Assembly: GCA_051047955.1 (NCBI GenBank)
Contig: JBPGPT010000002.1
Coordinates: forward strand, 558,001-622,000
DNA from: Cystobasidiomycetes sp. EMM_F5
Lineage: Eukaryota
Direction of reading: 5' to 3'
Length of the DNA: 64,000 nucleotides
This document shows positions 40,260 through 52,210 of this stretch, piece by piece. The notes under the pieces were generated by a model. The model did not search any database. It saw only the letters and a program-made list of their open reading frames with translations, and was not told where the DNA came from. Within the stretch, counting starts at the first letter, position 1; the number at the start of each line of letters is the position of its first letter. The position numbers and the translations under genes were made by a program.

Positions 40260-40448
40260 GGTTGCAGGTTGGCGACTGAGCGTAGGCAGTCTGCTCGCTG
40301 TCTGGCTTGGGCTGCAGTTCTCGGAATTGCCAAAAGTTGAATTTTTATCTCGATTGGAAGACGGGAAGACTTGAAAACGCCAGAGGGGTCAAGGAGACCA
40401 AGGAGAGAGAGACTGCGCACACTCTGCTAGTCATACTCCACTGCAAAC
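40260..40448. promoter_or_regulatory. Bidirectional promoter region shared by RPS6 and RPS13
   Basis: Two ribosomal protein genes head-to-head with 189 bp between start codons. Confidence 0.7.
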
Positions 40449-41424
40449 ATGGGTCGCTTACACAATCCCCACAAGGGTATCGCTGGCTCGTCCCTCCCGT
40501 ACTCGAGGACCGCCCCAAAATGGTTGAAGGTGAGGAATCGATGTCGAGTTTGAGGGTGCGGATTGGACGGGCAAAGGCGAGCAAGTGCTGGATCGACTCG
40601 AGGATCGTTTGGATGGCCCACTTTATCGAAATGCGCCATGGCTACGTGCGCTGGGGAGAGTTTGAGCGAAGTTGGAGGGAATGCATCTGGACAGACCGAC
40701 TTCGTGGAAGAAGCATTCAATATGCGGCGTTGCGCTTGGTACTTAGCACGGCTACTGGCCAGCACTTGGAACCTTACGGATATCCAAACCGCGTCCGGTA
40801 TTCGTTCAATTGCGACAAATCTTGCAGCCATGCAAGTCCGACTACGACCAAACCGTCCCAGACGTATTCGGCATGTGTCTCTAGCAGCTTTTATACGACC
40901 TACGCCAATACCGCACCCTTTGACTGCGTTGTTGCGCAGCCATTTTGCTGATTGTTGATATCTGCGCTTTGCCAGGCCACTCCCGAGGAGGTCGTTGACC
41001 AGATCTACAAGTTCGCCCGCAAGGGTATGACCCCCTCACAAATTGGCATTGTCCTCCGTGATTCGTACGGTATCGCTCAAGTCAAGCAAGTCACCGGTAA
41101 TAAGATTGTCCGTATCCTGCGAACACAAAACCTGGCGCCCGAATACCCAGAGGATCTCCACCACCTCATGAAGAAGGCCGTCGCTATCCACAAGCACCTT
41201 GCCCTGAATCGCAAAGATATGGATGCGAAATTCAGAATGTTGCTCATTGAGGCTAGAATTCATCGGTACGTGCTCCATCAACTTCATCTGGCTACGTTCG
41301 CCTCAGAGCCATTCTCACGTGTATCATCTGTCTTTTCAGTCTCGTGCGATACTACATCCGTGCTGGTCAACTAGCGCCGACTTTCAAGTATGAGGCAGAC
41401 AAGGCGTCCGCTATTGTCGGTTAA
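40449..41424 (+). CDS. RPS13: 40S ribosomal protein S13 (uS15)
   Basis: [57 protein letters not shown] and [18 protein letters not shown]. Intron 1 is 40530-40975. Confidence 0.97.
40547..40925 (+). other. Long-range complementary stem inside RPS13 intron 1
   Basis: agggtgcggattgg (40553-40566) pairs with ccaataccgcaccct (40905-40919) with one bulge, and extends outward with G-U pairs. Confidence 0.6.
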
Positions 41425-41734
41425 GCGGGGTAGACTTTAGGAAGACCTTGGCTTTGTGTTTTGTTAGCCTTTGTGTTGAATGAGCAACGAAATGCAGTAG
41501 TTGGGAATCTCTCTCTACATTGAGATTTGTGTCTTCGGCTTCATTTGTTTCTAAGACATTGTCCGACTTGTCTGACACTTCTGAGCTTGCACTACGCTAA
41601 CATGACATTAATATTGCGGAGCACGCCCATCATGCACTGTGCGCTCGGTAGCCTGGACTGGCTGTGATGAGCATCGTCCTGGAGTACTTCAGTATACCTG
41701 TCGGCTTTAACGAGACAATCGCTCGTTCAAGCAT

Positions 41735-43662
41735 ATGGCAATGTCTGCGCAATTCAACCTTTACGGGTCTTCTGGGTCTTCGCACTCCGCTGCCAATTGT
41801 ACCATTCCATTCTGTCGCCAGCATGCCCATCTCCGTCCTCAGCCCAAACCAATCATACCTCCATACGGTGACGGATACGTAGCCGAACCCACCGTCGACG
41901 TTGACCCAAATGAATTCGGAAGCATACCTTACGTGCCAGAGAACCTTGGAATTCCTACGGTCCCAGTCAAGAAGAGGAGCGCTGAACCCCAGACTTTTTA
42001 CGCCGTGTCATACAGTGAGTGGCAACGCTTGCACTCAAGTCGTGCTCTCCGTATCCTGTATAGCTCATGAATGATGTGATGTCTCGCTGCTCTAGTCCGC
42101 GATGTATGGATGAATAAGCTGCAGAACGTGGGGATAGGTCGCAAAACGATTCGCTATTTCCTGAGTGACGAAACACTATGCCTAGGGACGAAAGAAGCTC
42201 CACCGACTTCCGACTTTTACAGGCCGCTCGTCTTCCACGAAGCATACTTCCCGCAGGAGACGCCAGACAAAGCCAAGGTGTACATGACGGAATTTCAGGT
42301 CGACTGGCTTGTAGACGAGCTGTACGCACGAATTGCTGGTAAAGGCGGAAATACACCCTTTTCGCAAGTGGACGTGGATAGAAGTCAACGTATCCATCGT
42401 AACAGTTTTGCTGCCATCCGCAAAATCTCCTTTGCCAATAACGTGGCTAGCTTCAGAAGGAAATGTGGTTTATCCGTGATCACGAAGCCCATCACAGCTC
42501 CGGCTGGGGTACCGGTGATTCCAGTGCAACCTCTCCTAGCTCTCCCTAGCGATTCAACTTCCACTCCTCAAGATGTTCGCACAGCCAGCTCCTCCAAAAT
42601 CTCCTCACCAGCATCAAGTCATCCCACAGCTGCAGCTTTCCACCACCAGAGCAGGTCCAAGATTATTGCGTTACCAGATCCGCCTCGGGCGGTGCCTCCC
42701 GCAGTAGTATCCTTCCAAGGCTTGTCACGAACGGAACGTCAAGCTTTCCAGCGCGCATACAGGGAAGCCAATCTGGTACAGCAAATTGCGTACCTCAAAG
42801 CCTGCCTGCCAGTCTATCGACAGCTTTACGAGTACATCGTCATGAATGGTGGAAGCGTGCTGGCTTGCGATGTGGAAAGCTGGACAGAGGATGCCGATGT
42901 TCTCCTCGAACTTGGGTTGGCGTGGAAGCAGTGGATGGTGGTCGATGGAGCGGGTTCCGTACAGAGCGGGAACGATCATTATAGTGAGATTCTCCTCCAC
43001 GGAAATTGTCAAACGCTGCTGAGATCTGTGGTCACAGTCATAGAGGAAACTGTCCAATACCGAAACGAGGAGATAGAAGCTACTCGCTACGTAAGATATA
43101 CTAGGTGACAATCCCGTCGTATGCAGCGATAGCTGAGGATTATCTCCTAGGATTATGGCCTGGGCTCCTCGTTGACCTTGCCGCAAAGCGAGGTATCAGA
43201 CCGCTTGCGAAGTATCATAGCTCGTTTTTCGAGTGCGGGACCGCTGATAATGGTGCGGCAAGCACGTCTCCTACGTCTGCGCCTGACACTTACATACCAC
43301 ATGCTGTATAGGTCTTTCACGACGCGTCCGCCGAAACGCGCTACTTCCAGAGACTAGGCATCGATCCGACCGGCTATCATACAACAATTCCTCGTGAGAT
43401 GTTTTCTGGAGGTGCAGGGGGTATAAGTAAAGGGGACCAGATCATTATGATACAAGACACACAAGACCTATACTGCGGTTGGAGCGACCCGCCTGTCAAG
43501 CAGATCAATTTAGGGAAGGCGTGCGCTGTGCTGGGCGTCGAGGCATCGAAACTGCATAATGCAGGAAACGACGCGGATGCTACGCTGCAAGTTTGGGAGA
43601 AGCTTCTCCGTTCTGAAGGTACGCAAGGGGAAGCGCGAATCTCTAACGGCGTCGAACCGTGA
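41735..43662 (+). CDS. Gfd2/YDR514C/QIP-like DEDDh (RNase H-fold) exonuclease-domain protein
   Basis: VLACDVESW..VLLELGLA, VFHD, IQDTQDLY, LGKACAVLGV and LHNAGNDA. Confidence 0.8.
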
Positions 43663-43982
43663 AGGTCGGATTCGACGATCTTTCTCTTCAAAGGAGGAAC
43701 AGCGGGCTGCGCGCACTATTGTCAATCTATATCGTAATATGCTGTAGTACTGCCGTTCAGATTCACGTCATGTTGCAGAAATTTCGCGCAATCAAGTGAC
43801 TTTGTGCCATTTCGGTCTCGCTCGGGCTGACTTCTGACACGTCAACGCTGACCAAATTGCTGCTGCCCAAACATGCTATGAATTAAGAAACGCAAAGGAT
43901 TATTGGTCTGCAGCGTTACACATAACGATACTGGTGCATAAATACTCCGCCAAAGCTCAAAGACACAGCATTCTCTGCCAAG

Positions 43983-46262
43983 ATGCCAGGCCGTGACGAG
44001 GTGGCACGGTCAAAGAATGGTCATGCAGTTCCTCTGGCTGCAGAAAGAAGCAGACGAGAGCGCAAGATTTCGCATACTTCGGTCAGCAGTCATGACGATG
44101 CGGCTGTAGCGACGCCGGCTTCGTTGACGGATGCCGAGGTTGAATTTGACGAAACAGAAGACAGCGACGTATCCGCAACGGCACTTTTGGGCAGCAAGTC
44201 CGGAGTAGATGTGTCGCCGTCGCGTCAGAGGACAACAGTCACTACGACAGCAGTCGAAACAACTGGCTTGCCAAGCCGGAGTACCACGGTCCAGTATACC
44301 GGCGCGTCATCAGTTTCTTCTCACGTCGGACGCGATGGTGTCCTGCACATCCGACCAGTACAGGCTCGCAAAGGCCGCAAGGTTAAAGTCAAGAAGATTG
44401 TGAATTTTGTTCCCCGCATTTCAACTTTCGACCGCTTTCAAACGGCCGGTCAAGGAGACACATTCTGGGGCTTTTACGTTCTGTTTTGGCTTCTGATGTC
44501 ACTCGCACTGCTGCGGATGTTCTATCATTCATATCTCGACACTGGTGTGATAGTCGGGGTGCGGTTCGCCAAGCTGATCAGCGCAGACGGTGTCGCTTTG
44601 GCATTGACCGATGCAACCTTGGTCGGAAGCACATGTCTGGCCGTTCCATTTGTCCAGGCAAGTTCAGCTCGTCACTCTGCTTGCATGTATCGCTGATCAG
44701 TCGTCACAGGCGATGGAGCGGGGTTGGTTTAGGTATTACTACTTCGGACTGGTCTTGCAACATGTAGGCCAGTCCCTTCTGCTGGCGAGTGCTATAAGAT
44801 GGACATTCTATAAAGAATGGTACTGGGTGCAAAGGTAAATTGCTTCGCATCCCGTCAAGCTTATTCCCGGCTGATAGCCAATCGATCCGACAGCGGGTAT
44901 CTCACCCTGCACACGCTCGTCATGCTGATGAAGACGCATTCGTACATTTCTTTCAATGGTACAGCTGCCGAAAAGCGGAGACAGCTGCGCAAGAAGACAG
45001 CTCTGCTGGATACCGCCGTGAAGGAAGCCGGAGGCTGGCAAAAGGTGCTCGCAACTGTAGCCAAGCAGCACGGACAGGTCCAGGAGGATGCCGAAAGTGC
45101 CGGATCTGCCGTACAGACTGGGTCCGCACCAGTACGTCGTTTTTCGACCGGAGATATCGCACTTGGCACATCTAGTAGCCTCAACGCACCTCTCATTCTG
45201 CAAAGACGGCGTCGATCGGCTTCTAAAGGCGGCGTGATGCAGCCTTCGTCAGTACCGTTACCTTCCAACGAAAGCATACAAGATCCCCGATTATTAGTCG
45301 AGTTCGGCGACGAGAACATCTACAACTTGGCGAATGACTGTGTAGACCTGAAGGAAGATCTCTCCATCGCTGATCAAGTCGACGCGCAGTGGCCGGCCAA
45401 TTTGACATATGCAAATTATGTTGATTATTTACTTGTCCCCACCCTTGTCTACGAGCAGTCATATCCGCGCACCTCGACTATACGCCCAATCTATGTACTG
45501 GAAAAGACCCTTGCCACCTTTGGTACCTTTTTCGTAGTGTATGCCATCACGGAGCATGTCATCTTTCCCACTCACGAAGCTGCTCTCGCAAACCCCATCA
45601 GAGCAAACAACTTCCTGTTGACAGCTCTGGATTTGGTCTTGCCATTCATCATCAACTACCTGCTCATCTTTTATATCATCTTCGAATGTGTTTGCAATGG
45701 CTTTGCGGAATTTACTCGCTTCGCGGATCGCGGGTTCTACGATGACTGGTGGAATGCCGTTACATGGGACGAATTTGCCAGGAAATGGAATAAGCCGGTG
45801 CACCAGGTAAGCTGGCATCGCTGCATGTTCTGCTATCGCGCTAATTCTGGTATCTTAGTTTCTCCTCCGCCATGTTTACGCATCGACAATCACAGCGTTC
45901 CGGTTGAGCAAATTCCAGGCTTCCTTTCTGACATTCTTGCTCAGTGCATGCGTACACGAGCTCGTCATGGTGCGTAGCGTTTACCTCTTGCTCTGGTCAG
46001 ATACTGACCTTTTCTTATGTATAAAAAGGCAATCGTCAGCAAGAAGTTCCGCATGTACCTCTTTGCCATGCAGATGATGCAGCTGCCGTTAATGATGATG
46101 GGGCGGATACCTTTCATGCGCAAATATCCCGTGCTTGGAAACATGTTCTTTTGGTTTGGTCTGATCTGGGGATTCCCCCTGCTGGCTATAGGGCAAGTCG
46201 AATGATGTTTCCAAACCGCAAACATAGCTGACAGGCCATTCATTAGATACCTTCGGTTCTAA
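43983..46262 (+). CDS. Sterol O-acyltransferase (MBOAT, Are1/Are2-like)
   Basis: LVMLMKTHSY, YLLVPTLVYEQSYPRT, FADRGFYDDWWN, WNKPVH.FLLRHVY, SACVHELVM and GNMFFWFG. Confidence 0.92.
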
Positions 46263-46563
46263 GGAGACTGAAGGAGCAAGACCAGCTCAGACAATGTAGC
46301 ATAGTACACCGGAAGTGCCATAAGGGGCAGAATATAGGATTACATACGCGAACGATTGCAATTGTACTCGATGCTGCGACGACTAATTCTCCACGGGAAC
46401 AATGCGCGAACGTATGACGACAATAACAACAAAGCAGAAATTACGAGGACTGGAAAAGACGTTGTTAGATTCGATTCATGGCTGTCAGCTGCAGCATAAA
46501 TGACCATCGCTTACTGGAATCACCCACAACGCCCCGAACACCCACAGAACAACTTCGCCTTCT

Positions 46564-46946
46564 TCAACAAGTCTTGCAACCCTGAAATTCCACCTCGTCC
46601 ATCGGAGCTGCCTTCTGTTGTGGCGATAATTGCGGGCGTGAGAATTCGGAGGCGTTGCTGACAGACTGTTTACTCTCCAAGAAAGCTCTTCTTCTAGCTT
46701 GCTCCTCAAAGTCTCGCTCTCTTGCCTCCCGCTCAGTTTTCTTGGCCGCTTGCCGCTCCTCGTCTCGCAACACTCCAGCATACATGGTCTGTAGTTGTAC
46801 ATTGTGTCAGCATGCGTCTATCCTAGGAAAGAGAGTTCGGGATATCTCACATCGCGTTCCATTTGCTGCAGATAATGTACGCCCCAGACTGTGAAGGTAG
46901 TCAAGCCAATTGATGACGCCAGAAAGATTTTGGAAGCCCGCGACAT
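46564..46946 (-). CDS. PET117: Cytochrome c oxidase assembly factor Pet117
   Basis: MSRASKIFLASS..TVWGVHYLQQMERD|TMYAGVLRDEERQ. Confidence 0.88.
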
Positions 46947-47173
46947 GCTTTCGTGGGTTTTTGGGATGTGAGCCGGGGTTGAAAAGCGGACTCTAGTACT
47001 CGTCAAGGATTGTGCATAGTCATGATTGTTGTTGCGTCAAAGAGCTGATCCAGCTACTTCGCGAATGCGGTACTATCGATCGCCTTGCAGGTCAGCTTGC
47101 AACGAACAGCTGTCTGATTGTGAACACCATGCTCATACGGATATCCAAGAGAAGCTCATGATACACGACCACA

Positions 47174-48255
47174 ATGGCCTTCTCCTTCCTCCCCCATTCA
47201 GCATTTCCGTCTGCATCCCTCGCCATACCGAAATCCTTTCATGGCCCACTGCGCTCGCTGCTGATTAGAGCGCTACGACTCCTCCCGCTTCCGCAGCATG
47301 CAGCGTTCATCATGGACGGCAACCGTAGGGCTGCTAGAATGGCCGGACAAAAAGTGATTGTTGGGCATGAGAAAGGTTTTGAAGCACTGAAAGGAGTAGG
47401 TTCCGTGTCGCGTCAAAACAAGCTGTGTACGAGTGACTAATCGGTGATATGCTGTCCGCTCTGTTGACGTTATCTATCGAATTGCTCCAGCTTCTCGAAT
47501 TTCTATTGGCGCTGCAAATCCCGAATGTGACAGTGTACGCGTTCGCAATTGACAATTTCAATCGACCATCAGAAGAAGTCGACGGGTTGATGGATCTAGC
47601 TAGCCGAAAACTGCTAGAATTGGGTGCAAATGGCAATATCTTGGACCGATACGGTGTGCGCATCAACGTTATCGGACGTAAAGATCTATTGCCAGAAGAG
47701 GTGCAGAGAGCAGTGGCACACGTCGAGAAGAGCACAGAAGGCAATACTAGGTTGGGGGGTGCCGGAATTCTCTGCAGCCTGTTTGATTTCTGACCGTCCT
47801 GTGCACCACAGGGGCACGCTAAATGTATGCTGCGCATACTCTTCGCGTGAGGAGATGACTTCGGCTATCAACAGTGCTATCGACAAGGTCGAAGCTGGCC
47901 ACATTTCTCCAGCGTAAGGCGAATACTACTTCCGAGACGGCAATGGCACGCTAATTCACTATATCATAGCGAAATCGATGTAAAGCTGCTGGAATCTTGC
48001 TTGTATACAGCTCCGGACAATCTCAGGGGCTGGCACCTGCCGGAGCCTGATATACTTGTCCGCACTAGCGGCGTCCATCGCATGTCGGATTTCCTCCTGT
48101 GGCAGTGCTGCACCAAGACATCCCTACATTTTATCCCGCGACTCTGGCCGGAAATTGGTGTTGCAGATCTGCTGCCAGTCATGCTGGGATGGCAAGCAGA
48201 GGAATGCTGGCGAAGGATCAAGCGCGAGTGGATTGGATGGGAGAAGCTGAATTGA
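47174..48255 (+). CDS. RER2: cis-prenyltransferase (dehydrodolichyl diphosphate synthase catalytic subunit)
   Basis: PQHAAFIMDGNRR, VTVYAFAIDNFNRP, AYSSREEM and PDILVRTSGVHRMSDFLLWQ. Confidence 0.9.
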
Positions 48256-48734
48256 GGGTTATATGTCACGACAAATAATGGACGCTGGAACGGGGATGAG
48301 ACAGGTGTAACGCATAAACTGGACGTTCAACTTGCTGTAAATGGGGAAAACAAGCACATACTGACTGCTCCGCTCCCGGACACTCATTTCGAGAATCTGA
48401 AAACGATCTAGGTTGCGTTTGCTTCTTATTGTGTGCGACCCCGCAATTCGGCTGCTCGCAATATCGCGGCAGAATTTTCCTAGTCAGGCACGCTGTCAAT
48501 TTGCCCGCTCACTTCCTTTGCACGACCCCAATCACTCCGACGCCAGTTGCAGCCTTTGATTAGGACTCGCACAGCGCAACAGCACAACACACAATCGCAG
48601 CTACACCACGTCTCGCATCCGATTTCCGTTCGAGCGAGCCTACCAACGGTCCTGCACAACACCGCTTTGACAGCGTCAATAACATCGCGCAACAAGTCTA
48701 AGGCCATTCCGTTCTCATATCCCAATTCGTCACG

Positions 48735-49614
48735 ATGGGCAGAGTCGCATACACTTCCAAAACGCTGGCGCAGATGACTGGCAACTGGCTGTCGCAAGGA
48801 TCCAACTCCATGCAAGCCGAAAAGCAGCAAGCTGCAAACGATGGCCCAGCTACGCCCTTTACGGTCCGCAACAAGGACGCGCCCGCTGTGCTGCCATGGA
48901 GACAGCTTGCATTTGATCCGGACGACGAGAGCTTGCCTGTGGTGACCGAGGTAAGTAGCTCGAGACCTCCCGTCAAAACACGGTGGCACTTGCGTGGCAA
49001 TCTGCAATGCATGCTAACATGTTTTTATTCTGTAGCGCTTCGTTGGCTCAGACGAGGTCGTCATGCTCGAAGTCGAAGTTGAGACTATAGAGGAGATGCT
49101 GGACGATGCACCGCTGTCGTCGGCTCTACCACACTTGGAAGGGCACGTCGAGAACGAATACGACGAGGATGATTTCGACACCTTGCCAGAAACCGGGCAT
49201 GACGATGACGACGACGATGAGGTGGAGGATACTGCCGCTACATTGCGCTTCAGATCAAGGCTACGCGAAGCCGTAGAGGAACAATATGATGAACCGGCTC
49301 ACGGTAATGGGGGTTACTACGATGCTTGGAGTGGAGAAGCAAGTGAAGCAGACACCACACATCATCCTCGTCAGGGAGATTCAACCCCCGCAAGGAGAGC
49401 ACAGACACTTCATGTGAACATAGGAGACGACTTATCGGGCACCCGTTCCCGTTCATCACTCGACTTTTCGCCCTCTTCAGCTGTGTTCCATCAGCATACA
49501 CTACCATTCTCCCTGCCAGCCGCTCCCATCAGACGTGTCTCAGGGCAAAGTAACCCTGCTCGGGACTCTGCAGAAACACCTCGAAACAGTTCTTCCTCTG
49601 GCTTCATGTTCTGA
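48735..49614 (+). CDS. Acidic low-complexity hypothetical protein
   Basis: Two exons joined by a GTAAGT...CTAAC...TAG intron. D/E-rich; no recognised domain. Confidence 0.5.
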
Positions 49615-49875
49615 TCGCACCGTATAGCCGTGTGGGATCCCAAACCGGATGTACTCACATCCTTTGCAGTAACACTCGTTTAGTTTCCTTGTCCCTCGTC
49701 GAATGTAGCCTTCGTGTATTTGTAGGAAGGGAGGTTCGGATGTTTTCTGACAACAAAGCAAGTTCCGCTGTAAATGCATCGATGCGCATGCTGACGATAT
49801 TGGGAGAGCGCTCGCGACCCATGCACCAGCTCTACAATAGATTGTATGAATGGCGGAAGCAGGCCTTACATGATA

Positions 49876-51427
49876 CTACCGGTATTCAGCAAACATCACG
49901 AGTCGTTGAGAGGGTTTGCCATCGACAGACATGCTTTCATCTGATGCTGACGTGATGGCTGTCCACCCTTGCAGTAAAACACTCTGAGTATCGCGCTCAT
50001 CGCAGCGATGTCCTTTCTTTGCAGTAGTGGGTGCTGTGACAGCCGCGCGCGTTACTGGCGCGTGGGAGAAGGGGTGAGCAGTAATGCATGTTTGACCAGG
50101 CATTGTGCTAGCGGTGTGCCAAAACGGTCAGTACAGTCTCGAGGAAGTGTCCTTTGCGTCACCCACCGCAATACGCTGAGGATCCGCTTGACAAGCGGAC
50201 TTGGCAGCAGTCCCTGAATGCTGAATATGGTAGTAGATTGACTGTTGGTGCTCGCGTTGGAAGTATTAGAGCGGTTGACAGCAACTGGCTTTGACGGAGA
50301 AGAACCTACCCAGGCTCATGATCCGGCATTGTTGCCAACTTTTCGAGCAGCTCACTTGCTTCTTCAGCCAAGTCGCCGGCCGTCATTGACAGCTTACGCT
50401 TCTTGCCGACCTGTGCCAGAAATAGCTCTTGCAGGCGAGACAAGCTGGGCTGAGCGTCGTAAACGGGTCCGCTTTCGGCAGTAAGGCGGAGCTTGAAGGT
50501 CTGCCCGCTTATGCCTTCCGGCAGATCAACAGGTTGGGGGTAGTCTATCCTGAAGAGTCAGCAAATGGAAGGAGACCACAGAAGTTGCTGTAATTCACCA
50601 AAGTCATTATTGTAGGCCATTATGAAATCCATCTCTCCCAGGCGATCCAAGCAGACTTTGAGCCTTTCGTAGCCCGGCTTGCCATCTCGCATATAGTCTT
50701 CTCGTAGATTGATCTCCACAACTGATGTACAGCAAGCAAAAACGAAGATGAATATAAGCGAAATGAACTTGCCTTGTCGAATGATTGAATTTACATGATC
50801 TTTGACGGTCGGAGACAAATTGAGATACCCGACCCGTGATGCCCAGACTCTCATAGATGTCCTTGTCGAGAGTCAACGTCATATTGCCTGGGTGAGACAG
50901 TAAGGATTTCAGCCGGATCATCATCGAGCCCTCGATACCGCAAGTCACGAACCCGCTCCATCGAGTGCGACAACCATGCCTTGCGGATTCATGCAGGACA
51001 GCAGGAGCAGGCCACCTTACCATTGTATGCGTCAGCCAGGCAGAGCTGCTCTAGCATGCCTGCAAATACCTGTTCGGACATGCGTATTCATGAATTTAGC
51101 TTGAAGGAATTGCGATGGTCTCATTCGAGCATGCTGGAATGTATAGTCGACAAGGAGTTCGCTCAATTCAGTCGGCAAACGTTCAATCAGGTTCGGTCCT
51201 GCATCATCGCTAGTTGGGATTTGAATATCCAGCTTCGCAGGTGACAAAGTATAAACATTTCACACATTCAAATAGATGTACTGCATACTGACTTGAGCAA
51301 CGAATGGCTGTTTGGTCATTGCCTTGAGTAAAACGTTGTATGCCTTTTCGTCATTTGCATTGGCGAGCTGCAGATACAGCTTGTCATTAGGCGGGAGAGG
51401 CTTGACGGGCTTCTTGTGGTGCGACAT
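49876..51427 (-). CDS. RPP40: RNase P/MRP subunit Rpp40-like
   Basis: QPFVAQ|LDI, GNMTLTLDKDIYESLGITG, VVEINLR..GKPGYERL, IQGLLPS and HPFSHAPV resemble the Ribonuc_P_40 family. Confidence 0.72.
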
Positions 51428-51608
51428 CCTGTTATCATATTGGACATTCAAAGGACAGCGGTGAGATTGTGCGGTAGCAGAGTCAAGATGCGTCGGATTT
51501 AGTAGACCCATCTAACAAGGTGATCGAGACCATGCGAGTATACTATTGCGACTGAGCTTGCGGGACTTCTGCGGCTGCTATTTGCTGTACATATTGTCCT
51601 CGGAGCTT

Positions 51609-52065
51609 TCATTTCCGCTTCCTGCCCTTGCTGCCGCTCGCTGTTCGCTGGATGTGCTGTTGTGGAATCCATTCCTCCTTGAAACGAAGCATGTCAATGA
51701 GAAGTCCTGCAAGGCTGCACATACAGCATGCCAATATAGCATTGGACATCCGCTCACATTGTACACGCCGCCCTCTTTCGTTCGAACAATCTTGGGCCCT
51801 TCTGGCTGAACTGCTCTTGGAACAGCAATCCGCCGAACAGAAGTCTGGAAGCCTGGAGCCTACAACAGCAAGGGCGGTATCGACGGTGCAGAGACATCAT
51901 CAGACGCAGGAAGTAGTACTTGTCCAAAGAAGCTTGTCAACTTACGCCTCTACCAAAGCCAGTCTTGCTAGGAGGCCGGATATATTTGTTGTCAACAAAA
52001 CGCGCCACGAAATAGACTACGGGTAGGAGGATAACTAGCAGCGGCAGTAGCACAGAGAGCTCCAT
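51609..52065 (-). CDS. Small single-pass membrane hypothetical protein
   Basis: Three exons: MELSVLLPLLVILLPVVYFVARF...GFGRG|APGFQTSVRRIAVP...GVYN|EEWIPQQH...KGRKRK*. Confidence 0.6.
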
Positions 52066-52210
52066 AGCGAAGTGTAGCACGAGCAGGCAAGTCGCAAAAT
52101 CGCCCAGTAAGGTTCGTTGATTGAAGCACAACAACAGGTGCCGAATTTCGGCTCACTACGTACATCGTGGATTTCCCCGCTTCGAGCGCCGGGGATCCTC
52201 TATTTGACGG

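Noticed and set aside
40307..40951. 214-aa ORF overlapping the RPS13 promoter, exon 1 and intron
   Set aside because: Non-ATG start, out of frame with RPS13, and non-protein-like composition.
41660..41740. Box C-like TGTGATGA downstream of RPS13
   Set aside because: No suitably placed box D (CTGA) or terminal stem.
751..51427. POP5 and RPP40 (both RNase P/MRP subunits) in the same window as a cluster
   Set aside because: They are about 48 kb apart with many unrelated genes between them, and no RNase P/MRP RNA was recognised.
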